64,000 nucleotides of DNA from Minisyncoccota bacterium (GCA_035546615.1 DASZWM010000002.1:15460-79459); one strand, 5' to 3'; shown: positions 26,478-36,939, counted from the first letter of the stretch. Notes: generated from the letters alone by a model not told the origin. Numbers and translations: made by a program.

Positions 26478-27668
26478 ATGAAGTTATGGCAAAAAAATAT
26501 CTATGCCGACGCGGCGGCGGCAACGCCGGTGTCCGGCGAGGTGCGGCGCGAGCTTGTACGCCTGCTGGGGCTTTTTGGCAACCCCGGCGGGCTCCATGCG
26601 GAAGCTAACGAGGCCAAACGCGAGCTGGATGCCGCGCGAGAGCGGACCGCGGCGGCAATCGGCGCGCATGCGGACGAAATAGTCTTCACCTCGGGCGGAA
26701 CGGAAGCGAACAATCTCGCGGTTTTCGGGGCCCTGCGGCGGATGCTGCGCGTGGGGGAGGACGTGCATGCGATAACAAGCGCGATAGAGCACTCGTCGGT
26801 GCTGGAGCCCCTGCGCGCGCTTGAAAAAGAGGGTCTGCGGCTTACGGAGCTTCCGGTCGATATGAGCGGATTCGTGTCGCACAAGGATCTGCGCGAAGCG
26901 CTGGAGGCGCGCACGGTCTTTGTTTCCATACAAATGGTCAACAGCGAAGTGGGTACCGTGCAGGACATCCGCGAGCTTGCCAAAGAGATCCGGCACCAGC
27001 GCAAGGCGCGCGAAGGCGTAGGCGCGCCGCTGTATTTCCATACCGACGCCGCGCAGGCGCCGCTGTGGCTCCCTCTTAATGTCGAAAAGCTCGGCGTCGA
27101 TCTGCTGACGCTGGACGCGCAAAAAATGCTTGGCCCCAAGGGCGCGGGGCTTTTGTACGTCCGCCGGGGCACCCGGCTGGAGCCGCATATATGTGGAGGG
27201 GGACAGGAGCGCGGATTGCGCAGCGGCACCGAGAACGTCGCAATGGCCGGGGCATGCGCGCTCGCGCTTTTGCGGGCGCAGGAAGCCGCCGAAGCCCGGG
27301 CAGAAAAGATATCACGCGTACAGGACTATCTATTGGAATCGATACAGAAACTCCTTCCGGGAGTAATGCTCAACGGCCCAAAGGGGGAAGGCCGGATAGC
27401 GAACAACATCAATATTTCCCTGCCGAACCTGAACGGCGACATGGCGGTTGTTGCCATGAGCGCGCAAGGCGTGGCCATTTCCACACGCTCGGCGTGCGAT
27501 ACCGACGACGAGGCCCCTTCGCATGTGCTTCAGGGGATCGGAGTCTTGCCGGAGAGGGCAAAAAATACCGTCCGCATCGCGCTTTTGCCCGACGCGACGC
27601 GACGCGACGCCCGATGCATTGCCCGGACGCTTTTTAAAGTCGCAGCGCGATACGCTAAGACGCCGTAG
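26478..27668 (+). CDS. cysteine desulfurase / class V aminotransferase (IscS/NifS-like)
   Basis: FTSGGTEANN, HTDAAQA, LDAQKMLGPKGAGLLYVR (PLP-Lys region), SGTENV, STRSAC (active-site Cys loop). Confidence 0.85.
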   Translation: MKLWQKNIYADAAAATPVSGEVRRELVRLLGLFGNPGGLHAEANEAKRELDAARERTAAAIGAHADEIVFTSGGTEANNLAVFGALRRMLRVGEDVHAITSAIEHSSVLEPLRALEKEGLRLTELPVDMSGFVSHKDLREALEARTVFVSIQMVNSEVGTVQDIRELAKEIRHQRKAREGVGAPLYFHTDAAQAPLWLPLNVEKLGVDLLTLDAQKMLGPKGAGLLYVRRGTRLEPHICGGGQERGLRSGTENVAMAGACALALLRAQEAAEARAEKISRVQDYLLESIQKLLPGVMLNGPKGEGRIANNINISLPNLNGDMAVVAMSAQGVAISTRSACDTDDEAPSHVLQGIGVLPERAKNTVRIALLPDATRRDARCIARTLFKVAARYAKTP

Positions 27669-27710
27669 CACTGGCAAATCCGCGCTTAAGTGCTATAATA
27701 TCCAGTAAGT

Positions 27711-28475
27711 ATGGATCTCGAAAAGCTGACAAAACACCAAATCGTCCTCCTAACCCTCCTGGTGTCCTTCGTCACGTCCATCGCTACCGGCATCGTTACC
27801 GTTTCCCTTATGGACCAGGCGCCGGCGGGCGTGACTCGGGTGGTGAATCAGATAGTCGAGCATACGGTAGAGAAGGTCGTGCCGGCCACGCAAAGCGCCG
27901 CCGCGATAACGACCACGGAAAAGACGGTTGTGGTGAAGGACGACGACCTGGCCGCGCAGTCGATAGCGAAAGTGCAGAAGTCGATAGCGCGCGTGGTGCT
28001 TCCGGGCGGAAACGTTCTGGTCTCCCGCGGGATTATTATCGATGCCAAGGGGACCGTGCTCGCCGACAAGGCGGCGCTTGCCGCGGCGAACGTTCGGAAC
28101 TTCGAAGTCCTGCTGCCGGACGGGACCCGCGCTTCGGCCAAGTGGCGCGACCCGAAGGCAACCTCGACGCTCGCGACGCTGGATGTGAACGTCGGCACCT
28201 CGACCGGCTTCGCGCCGGCAACGATAGCCGACTCGAGTAAGCTTGCCCTGGGCCAATCCGTCATTCGCATAGGCGGAACGGGCGGCGACCAGGTAGGCAC
28301 CGGTGTTGTTGCCTCGCTTCCCGGGGGCGCGGCGCATTCGGTGGACGCGAGCATTTCCTCGGCTACTCCCGGCTCGCTGCTTATGACTTTATTCGGCGAA
28401 GTCGTCGGCCTCTCGACCACGGCCGCGATACAAGCCGGCGGCAGCCTTTACACGACACTCTCGCTACCAAGCTAA
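27711..28475 (+). CDS. membrane-anchored trypsin-fold (HtrA-like) protein, catalytic triad not recognisable
   Basis: N-terminal TM helix. The fold-level pattern GIIIDAKGTVLADKAAL ... TLATLDV ... ISSATPGSLLMTLFGEVVGL parallels HtrA, but the His and Asp positions are substituted and the GNSGG box reads TPGSL. Confidence 0.5.
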   Translation: MDLEKLTKHQIVLLTLLVSFVTSIATGIVTVSLMDQAPAGVTRVVNQIVEHTVEKVVPATQSAAAITTTEKTVVVKDDDLAAQSIAKVQKSIARVVLPGGNVLVSRGIIIDAKGTVLADKAALAAANVRNFEVLLPDGTRASAKWRDPKATSTLATLDVNVGTSTGFAPATIADSSKLALGQSVIRIGGTGGDQVGTGVVASLPGGAAHSVDASISSATPGSLLMTLFGEVVGLSTTAAIQAGGSLYTTLSLPS

Positions 28476-28488
28476 CTACTAAAAAACC

Positions 28489-31188
<2,700 letters not shown>

Positions 31189-31201
31189 AAAGAAAAAGCG
31201 G

Positions 31202-31235
31202 AGCCCGTCGCGCATCGAAAAATGCGCGACGGGCT
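31202..31235. terminator. bidirectional terminator after clpB / GNAT gene
   Basis: AGCCCGTCGCGCAT cgaaaa ATGCGCGACGGGCT, a 14-bp perfect stem preceded by an A-run. Confidence 0.65.
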
Positions 31236-31594
31236 TATGCGTGGTGGTATAGGAAATCATTCGTGACGTTCCCGACCCTGGAGAACCTGTTCTTTTCCCA
31301 GAATCGCTCGCTTTGGCGCTGGACTTGCACGGCGCGAATGTCCCGCAATCCGGCCTCCCAGGCTTGTTCGAGCAGTACAGCCAGCGCTTGGCTCCCGAAG
31401 CCGCGTCCATATGCCGTATGGGGTATGACGGTCATATTGGTAATGACCAGGTCGGCCCCGGTCTGCCGGTCGTTGAACACGATGCGGATGTGCGCCCGCA
31501 CGGCGTTAGGGAAGGGAAAATGCAGGATGTATGCTTCTTCCGCGCGGTCGTCGGGTTCGATCTCGCAATACTCAGCCAGCTTCTTGATCAGCAT
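31235..31594 (-). CDS. GNAT-family N-acetyltransferase (short, 119 aa)
   Basis: YGRGFGSQALAVLLEQA (acetyl-CoA motif A) and FWEKNRF. Confidence 0.7.
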   Translation of the reverse strand: MLIKKLAEYCEIEPDDRAEEAYILHFPFPNAVRAHIRIVFNDRQTGADLVITNMTVIPHTAYGRGFGSQALAVLLEQAWEAGLRDIRAVQVQRQSERFWEKNRFSRVGNVTNDFLYHHA

Positions 31595-31602
31595 GGTCCC
31601 TC

Positions 31603-31806
31603 CTAGTGTTTCGGTTGGGTTTTGGCGTAGAGCATGACCGCAACGGCATATACGGCCGTTAGGGTCGGCGCGCCCGTGGGGTACGTCTTCACCGCATGCT
31701 TGCCCTGATTGATCTCCTCAAGCGCCCGCTCGATGTATTCTCGCGGAACAGGAGTATCTCCCCGGCCTTGCGCCGTATCCTCGACTAGTTTTACCATGTC
31801 CGACAT
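31603..31806 (-). CDS. small hypothetical protein upstream of the GNAT gene
   Basis: Internal ATG (MSDMVKLVEDTAQ...) preceded by AAGGAG. 8-nt gap to the GNAT start. Confidence 0.4.
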   Translation of the reverse strand: MSDMVKLVEDTAQGRGDTPVPREYIERALEEINQGKHAVKTYPTGAPTLTAVYAVAVMLYAKTQPKH

Positions 31807-31919
31807 CCGCAGATTCTCCTTACTAACGCGTTCTGCCTCCAAAATGCACTATACGGCACCGGAGCGGAATGGGAAAGGCGAGACAGTTTTATAGTGGATA
31901 GAATAGTGGACCAAGATAG

Positions 31920-31953
31920 AAAAAGCTGGCAATAAGCCAGCAGTTTCTTTTTT
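31920..31953. terminator. hairpin flanked by A- and T-runs at the distal end of element B
   Basis: AAAAAGCTGGC aataa GCCAGC AGTTTCTTTTTT. Confidence 0.5.
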
Positions 31954-31954
31954 A

Positions 31955-32107
31955 GTGCGCCGGGGAGGAATCGGTCAGGAATAAAGTGTTCGCCGTCGCG
32001 AATACTTTTTCACGACCCTGCCTCGCTCCCGCATCTGGTGATGCGGGGCCCGCTCCGGCTTGCGAATCCTCACGCAAGGTATCCCATACCTTGCTCCCGC
32101 GCAGCAC
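31955..32107 (-). repeat. tRNA-linked structured element, copy B (long form, 3' of tRNA-Tyr)
   Basis: Same three-hairpin architecture and core as copies A and C. It ends with a 15-nt exact copy of the tRNA-Tyr 3' end (31955-31969 = 32152-32166). Confidence 0.8.
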
Positions 32108-32114
32108 ATAACGC

Positions 32115-32144
32115 AAAAAGTCCTAGCAAGAGCTAAGACTTTTT
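32115..32144. terminator. terminator between tRNA-Tyr and element B
   Basis: AAAAAGTCCTAG caagag CTAAGACTTTTT (7 of 8 bp), with an A-run and T-run on either side. Confidence 0.55.
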
Positions 32145-32152
32145 GACGTTTG

Positions 32153-32235
32153 TGCGCCGGGGAGGATTCGAACCTCCGTAGCCCGAAGGCGACAGGTTTA
32201 CAGCCTGTTGTAATTGACCACTCTACCACCGACGC
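32153..32235 (-). tRNA. tRNA-Tyr (anticodon GTA)
   Basis: GCGTCGG/CCGGCGC acceptor, anticodon loop CTGTAAA, long variable arm, T arm GGAGG TTCGAAT CCTCC. Confidence 0.9.
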
Positions 32236-32313
32236 GTTTCAATAGAACGTTCTTACTTTACACTGTTTGCTTTTCCTTGTCAGCAGGCGAAAATTGGGTG
32301 CTACAATATTGGC

Positions 32314-33414
32314 ATGCGCAATAGGGGTGCCGTACTCATATTTGCGGGAGGGCTGCTCTTTACCCTCTTGCCGTTTATCGCCTCGGCCGCCGGGATTGTT
32401 CCATGTGGCGATACCACGGGCCTTGCGCCAGGTACTCCTCAGTATTACGCGGCCGCAACAAGTTGTCAGGCATGCAGCGTAATTCAACTGATTCAGACCC
32501 TTATTAACTTCATGATAGGACTCTCCATTCCTATCGCGATGGCGCTCTTCGCCTGGGCCGGCGTCCTGTATTTTACAGCCGCTACCAAGGAGGAGAATAT
32601 ATCAAAGGCAAAGAGCATTTTCCGCAGCGTATTTGTCGGATTCATCATAGTTCTCGGCGCATACCTTATGGTAGAGACGCTCCTGCACGCCATTCTTAAT
32701 CAGGATTACTTTACCGGCTGGAACAAGATCGAATGCGTTGATAATACCAAGCGCCCAACCCAGGGCACGCTCGGTCAACTGATAAATGAAGTAATAGGCC
32801 ATCCGGAAGATTCTTTAGTTGTTGGGAAGGCTCCTGTCGCGGTAAGCGATCCGTCTACATGTACCGGCAAACTGAGCTACGACAGCTCTATCAATCAGTA
32901 TTACTGCTTGAATACAGTCAGCGGCATGGTCAGTCAAACAGGCTCTGGACAGTGTGCGCCCGGCAGCATACAAGCTGCTGCTGCGGCGGGAGGATATCCC
33001 ATTACACCAGCACAAGCTCAGACCTTTTCCTGCCTTGCGGCTCCGGAAAGCGGTTGCCAAGGGAATCCTGGCCAAGCCAGGACGCCGACCGGCGACCCGA
33101 CAAGCGCTTCCGGCCATTTTCAGATCGTCCTTGGCCTCAATGATCAGTGTCATAATCTGAATATTCCTGCATGCACCCAGGCTGCGCAAGCAGCCGGCTA
33201 TTCGGTAAGCGGGAATCTCAATTGCTCCAGCCACTTCAGGGGAGGCGTTCCTATAGACGCAGTAGGACAGGCATGCAAGGCGGCGGCAAGCAACTTTACC
33301 TGCAATGCTTCGGCTGCGGCTTGTCTGGTAACGCAGAATCCAAGCTTTAGCGACTGGACGGCGGACCCTCGCAGCAGTTCACAGAAATCATGCGTCAATA
33401 CGTATAATCATTAG
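32314..33414 (+). CDS. pilin-like N-terminal module fused to a Cys-rich extracellular domain (possible lytic transglycosylase-like)
   Basis: N-terminus has IVPCG...SCQACSVIQLIQTLINFMIGLSIPIAMALFAWAGVLYF...KAKSIF..., the pilin layout of 19846-21419. The C-terminal ~240 aa carry many Cys residues and APESGC...SASGHFQI, which resembles the SLT E-S ... G-x-x-Q motif. Confidence 0.6.
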   Translation: MRNRGAVLIFAGGLLFTLLPFIASAAGIVPCGDTTGLAPGTPQYYAAATSCQACSVIQLIQTLINFMIGLSIPIAMALFAWAGVLYFTAATKEENISKAKSIFRSVFVGFIIVLGAYLMVETLLHAILNQDYFTGWNKIECVDNTKRPTQGTLGQLINEVIGHPEDSLVVGKAPVAVSDPSTCTGKLSYDSSINQYYCLNTVSGMVSQTGSGQCAPGSIQAAAAAGGYPITPAQAQTFSCLAAPESGCQGNPGQARTPTGDPTSASGHFQIVLGLNDQCHNLNIPACTQAAQAAGYSVSGNLNCSSHFRGGVPIDAVGQACKAAASNFTCNASAAACLVTQNPSFSDWTADPRSSSQKSCVNTYNH

Positions 33415-33417
33415 GAT

Positions 33418-34026
33418 ATGAAAAGCACTACTCTATATGGACTTATAGGATTGGGGGTCATCGCAGTGCTTTTTGCGGGCATATGGATCTGGCGCACGAC
33501 GTCCGCTGCGCCTGCGGAACAAATTCCCTCCAATGACGGAACCCCGGTATCCATCGGCGGAAATTCCTCTTCTGTAAATGTTCCGGTAAACCCGTCAAAT
33601 CCATCTTCCGGCAGGGATACGGAGCCGACTATCTCAATTAGCGGTCAAAACGGAAGTTCTTTCGTAACGAAAGACTTCATCCATAACGGGGAGACCGCTT
33701 CTGACGTGGTAAATCCGGGCAATTACTATCTGGCAGGCTCTATCGGATACTGCCTTGCTGACGGCAGATGTCCGGCAGGAGCCACCACTACGGATTTTAA
33801 CGTGAGCTATGACAGCAACCACAGCTCATTCAGTATATTGTTGCTGGAAGAACCGCTGGGCCAATCCCGACTCCATGCCGAAACATTCCTTGAGGAAAAG
33901 CTCGGCCTTACGGAGGCTCAATTGTGCGGCCTCAATTATTGGCTGGGCACGACCTATTGGGTAAACGAGATCTACGCCGGCAAGAACCTCGGATTCAGCT
34001 TCTGCCCGGGCGCGACCCAGCTCTAG
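33418..34026 (+). CDS. membrane-anchored hypothetical protein
   Basis: N-terminal TM helix LYGLIGLGVIAVLFAGIWIW and a Ser/Asn/Pro-rich linker. 3-nt gap after the pilin-fusion gene. Confidence 0.55.
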   Translation: MKSTTLYGLIGLGVIAVLFAGIWIWRTTSAAPAEQIPSNDGTPVSIGGNSSSVNVPVNPSNPSSGRDTEPTISISGQNGSSFVTKDFIHNGETASDVVNPGNYYLAGSIGYCLADGRCPAGATTTDFNVSYDSNHSSFSILLLEEPLGQSRLHAETFLEEKLGLTEAQLCGLNYWLGTTYWVNEIYAGKNLGFSFCPGATQL

Positions 34027-34085
34027 GATGGTCCTGGCGCGCCTGGGTTGCGCAAAAGGCCCTTATACGGTATAGTCTTCTGGTC

Positions 34086-34244
34086 ATGTCACAAGATAGG
34101 CTTATACGGCTCGCCTGCACCAAGTGCAAGCGCATAAACTACTGGTCTTCCAAGAATAAGAAGCTGGTGACCCGCAAGATAGAGCTCAAGAAGTGGTGCA
34201 AATGGTGCCGGGCTCAAACCGTGCACAAAGAGGCAAAAAAGTAG
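34086..34244 (+). CDS. rpmG: 50S ribosomal protein L33
   Basis: MSQDRLIRLACTKCKRINYWSSKNKK...KKWCKWCRAQTVHKEAK with four Cys. This is the last 52 codons of ORF 33924..34244. Confidence 0.85.
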   Translation: MSQDRLIRLACTKCKRINYWSSKNKKLVTRKIELKKWCKWCRAQTVHKEAKK

Positions 34245-34259
34245 TATCCTAAGCCGTAC

Positions 34260-34330
34260 GGGCCTATAGTTTAACGGTAGAACGTCGGTCTCCAAAACCG
34301 TCGGTCGAGGTTCAATTCCTCGTGGGCCCG
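34260..34330 (+). tRNA. tRNA-Trp (anticodon CCA)
   Basis: GGGCCTA/TGGGCCC acceptor, anticodon loop CTCCAAA, T arm CGAGG TTCAATT CCTCG. Confidence 0.88.
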
Positions 34331-34371
34331 CAAAAGACGCAAAATGCAACCTTCGTTGCTTTTTGTGCGTT

Positions 34372-34459
34372 GCGGGAGACGGAGCGATGCCGCGCAATGG
34401 CGCGGCCGCGAGTCGGGGTCGCGAAAATTTTTTGCGACGGCAAAAAGTTATTTGTGACC
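34372..34459 (+). repeat. tRNA-linked structured element, copy E (divergent short form, 3' of tRNA-Trp)
   Basis: GGAGCGATGCC; GCCGCGC aatg GCGCGGC; CGCGAGTCGGGGTCGCG; AAAATTTTTTGC gacg GCAAAAAGTT; ATTTGTGACC. Confidence 0.5.
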
Positions 34460-35341
34460 GCTCAAAAATTTTTTTGCGAGCCGCATAGCCTTCGCTTTGT
34501 TCCCGATCCAGATAATGTCCTTGTTCCGCTTGAACCAGCGCATCTGGCGCTTGGCATAATCCCAGTTTCCCCGTTCTATTTCCGCTACAAGCGCCTCTTT
34601 GTTCAGCAAGCCTTGCAGATACTGCGCAAGAGAACGGTATTCAAGCCCCAGCTCATGCATGCGCTTGTATGACACTCCTGCCTTGTGCAAACGTTTTGCT
34701 TCCATCACCATGCCTGCTTTCATGCGCCGGATGGTGCGAAGATGGATATTTTTCTTGAGCTTTTTCTCATCTGGCGCCAGCCCCAGCCACAGGACGTCAT
34801 ATTTCTGTTCAGGCTTGGGTAGAGGGCTTTTGCCGATAGCCTTGGCTATCTCTATCGCGCGTATGATACGCCGCTTGTGTCCGGGTTCAATAGTGCCAGC
34901 GCGGCGCAGGTCGAGCTTTTTAAGAATTGACAGCAGCTCTTCGGCGCTCTTTTTCTCGAGCCGCGCACGAAGTGCGGGGTTAGGCGCCACATTGGGCATA
35001 GTCATGCGGCCCAGGAGCATATCGATATACAGCCCCGTTCCACCAACTACTATGGGGAAAGTATGATATATCATACTTTTTTCGATCACGTTTTGCGCCT
35101 TCTTTACGAAGTCGTCGACGGAGAACTGCCTTTTAGGCGACGCGACGTTGAGCAGGTGGTGGGGGATGCCGGCCATCTCTTTTTTTGTAACTTTGCCGGT
35201 CGCAATATCGAGGCCGCGGTAGACTTGCCGCGAGTCGGCGGAGATTATCTCGCCGCCCAACTTTTGCGCAAGAAAAATACCAAGGGCGCTCTTGCCCGAA
35301 GCGGTCGGTCCGACTATAGCGATAACTTTAGGCTTTGACAT
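34448..35341 (-). CDS. miaA: tRNA dimethylallyltransferase
   Basis: IVGPTASGKSALGIFLA, ISADSRQVYRGLDIATGK. Confidence 0.93.
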   Translation of the reverse strand: MSKPKVIAIVGPTASGKSALGIFLAQKLGGEIISADSRQVYRGLDIATGKVTKKEMAGIPHHLLNVASPKRQFSVDDFVKKAQNVIEKSMIYHTFPIVVGGTGLYIDMLLGRMTMPNVAPNPALRARLEKKSAEELLSILKKLDLRRAGTIEPGHKRRIIRAIEIAKAIGKSPLPKPEQKYDVLWLGLAPDEKKLKKNIHLRTIRRMKAGMVMEAKRLHKAGVSYKRMHELGLEYRSLAQYLQGLLNKEALVAEIERGNWDYAKRQMRWFKRNKDIIWIGNKAKAMRLAKKFLSGHK

Positions 35342-35439
35342 CTCGACACTTTTACACTGTTTGTATAAAAAGGGAAGAGAAGCTAGAATGCCCTCGGCTC
35401 GTACAAAGTACTGTACGGCAGCAATACGGAGGTGTATCA

Positions 35440-36171
35440 GTGAAAGACATAGGAAGGAAAGCGATAATCCTTGCTCTAGACGAGCTTACGCTCGACCAGG
35501 CCTTGGAACTCTGCTCCAAAGTGGGCGACCGGATATTTGCCGTTAAGGGCCACAGTATTGTGGACCACTACGGCCCCGGTGTCGTTTCGCAGCTTCTCCA
35601 AGCGGGCGCTCCGCAATTTTGGGAAGATGCCAAACTTCTCGATATCCCGAACACGGTGCGGCTGCGCGCTCAAGCAATCGCTTCGTCGGGCGTCAACATA
35701 CTTACCCTGCAAGCAGAGGGAGAAATCGAAATGATGCTGGCCGGCCGCAAGGGCGGGTCTGGCATGAAGCTCTACGCCATTACCGTGCTAACCTCGCTCT
35801 CCGAAGAAGAAGTGCAGCTCCAGTCCGGACACTCGGTGAAAGCGACGGTGCTCTACCGCGCGCGTCTTGCCAAGCTGGCGGGAATGGACGGCATCGTTTG
35901 TTCGCCTCAGGAAGTTGAGCTCATTGCGAAACGCCCCGAGCTAAATGGGCTTGAGATCGTCGTTCCCGGCAGCAGATCTGCCGGCAAGGACCATGGCGAC
36001 CAAAAGCGGGTCGGCACGCCAACGGCAGTGATCAAAGCGGCAGGCGATCGGCTTGCACGTCTGGTTATTGGGCGGCAAGTTACGCAGGCTTCCGACCCGA
36101 TTGCTGCCCTTGAAGAACTCGAAGCCGAGATTGCAGCGGCGATCAAAGAGAAGGAAGCAGGAGTACCATGA
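35440..36171 (+). CDS. pyrF: orotidine 5'-phosphate decarboxylase
   Basis: IILALDELTLDQA, FAVKGHS, EDAKLLDIPNTV. Start placed at a GTG preceded by GGAGG (the ORF track starts at an upstream TTG, 35335). Confidence 0.75.
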   Translation: MKDIGRKAIILALDELTLDQALELCSKVGDRIFAVKGHSIVDHYGPGVVSQLLQAGAPQFWEDAKLLDIPNTVRLRAQAIASSGVNILTLQAEGEIEMMLAGRKGGSGMKLYAITVLTSLSEEEVQLQSGHSVKATVLYRARLAKLAGMDGIVCSPQEVELIAKRPELNGLEIVVPGSRSAGKDHGDQKRVGTPTAVIKAAGDRLARLVIGRQVTQASDPIAALEELEAEIAAAIKEKEAGVP

Positions 36172-36884
36172 TACACGCTACGGACGTTCTCAAAATGGGT
36201 CTCCCGGAACTTCGTAAGCTGCAGGTGGACGACTTTGGTGTCCTCATGTCGCGAGCGGAGTTCGACCACATCCTCGAGACATGCCAGGCCCTCTGGCTCC
36301 ACTCCGGGAAGCCACAGGACCCGCACGCACTTCTCACCAGTCTTCGGCACAGTGACGGGTTCGTCGACACGCTCCGAATGCTCCGGTATGCCAACCTGTG
36401 CATGATCATGGCCCAGCAGGTCGTGCTCAGGTTGCAGGAGTGCTACGACGACCGGGTCGATTGGGTCATCGGCTCCGACCACGCAGGCGCGACGCTCTCG
36501 TTTGCGGTTGCGTACCTGCTGGGTGCCAAGCACGACTTCAGCGAAAAAGACCCGAAGAACGACAAGAAACAGATCTGGAAGCGCTTCGAGATCGAACCGG
36601 GCGAAGTCGTCCTCCAGGTGGAGGAACTTGTAACCACTACGCAGACCCTGCACGCGGTGCGGGACGCTATCCGCGCCGGCAACTCGACACCGGTCCAGTT
36701 TGCGCCGATTGTCATGACGCTGGTCCACCGCTCCGATACCCTAGAGTTTGAGGGCGGACCGATCGGCCACGTCGTGCATTACGACATCAAGAGCTGGACA
36801 GCGGAAGAATGTCCTCTGTGCGCAGGGGGCTCGAAGGTACTTCCGCCGAAGAAGAATTGGTTGGAACTCACCCGGAAGGAATGA
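36168..36884 (+). CDS. type I phosphoribosyltransferase (PyrE-like, atypical)
   Basis: PRPP loop VVLQVEELVTTTQTL. ATGA overlap with pyrF. Extra C-terminal CPLC segment. Confidence 0.55.
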   Translation: MIHATDVLKMGLPELRKLQVDDFGVLMSRAEFDHILETCQALWLHSGKPQDPHALLTSLRHSDGFVDTLRMLRYANLCMIMAQQVVLRLQECYDDRVDWVIGSDHAGATLSFAVAYLLGAKHDFSEKDPKNDKKQIWKRFEIEPGEVVLQVEELVTTTQTLHAVRDAIRAGNSTPVQFAPIVMTLVHRSDTLEFEGGPIGHVVHYDIKSWTAEECPLCAGGSKVLPPKKNWLELTRKE

Positions 36885-36897
36885 TATGCAAGATCGA

Positions 36898-36938
36898 GGG
36901 TGTACGCGAATTGTCTCGCGCACACCCTTTTGCTTTTT
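36898..36938 (+). terminator. rho-independent terminator after the PRTase gene
   Basis: GGGTGTACGCGA attgtc TCGCGCACACCC followed by TTTTGCTTTTT. Confidence 0.7.
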
Positions 36939-36939
36939 A

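Noticed and set aside
27591-27610. (GACGC)x4 pentanucleotide repeat near the 3' end of the cysteine desulfurase gene, considered as a possible slipped-strand phase-variation tract.
   Set aside because: There are only four units, the tract sits in the last ~20 codons of an essential-type gene, and nothing suggests length variation. It is likely a compositional accident.
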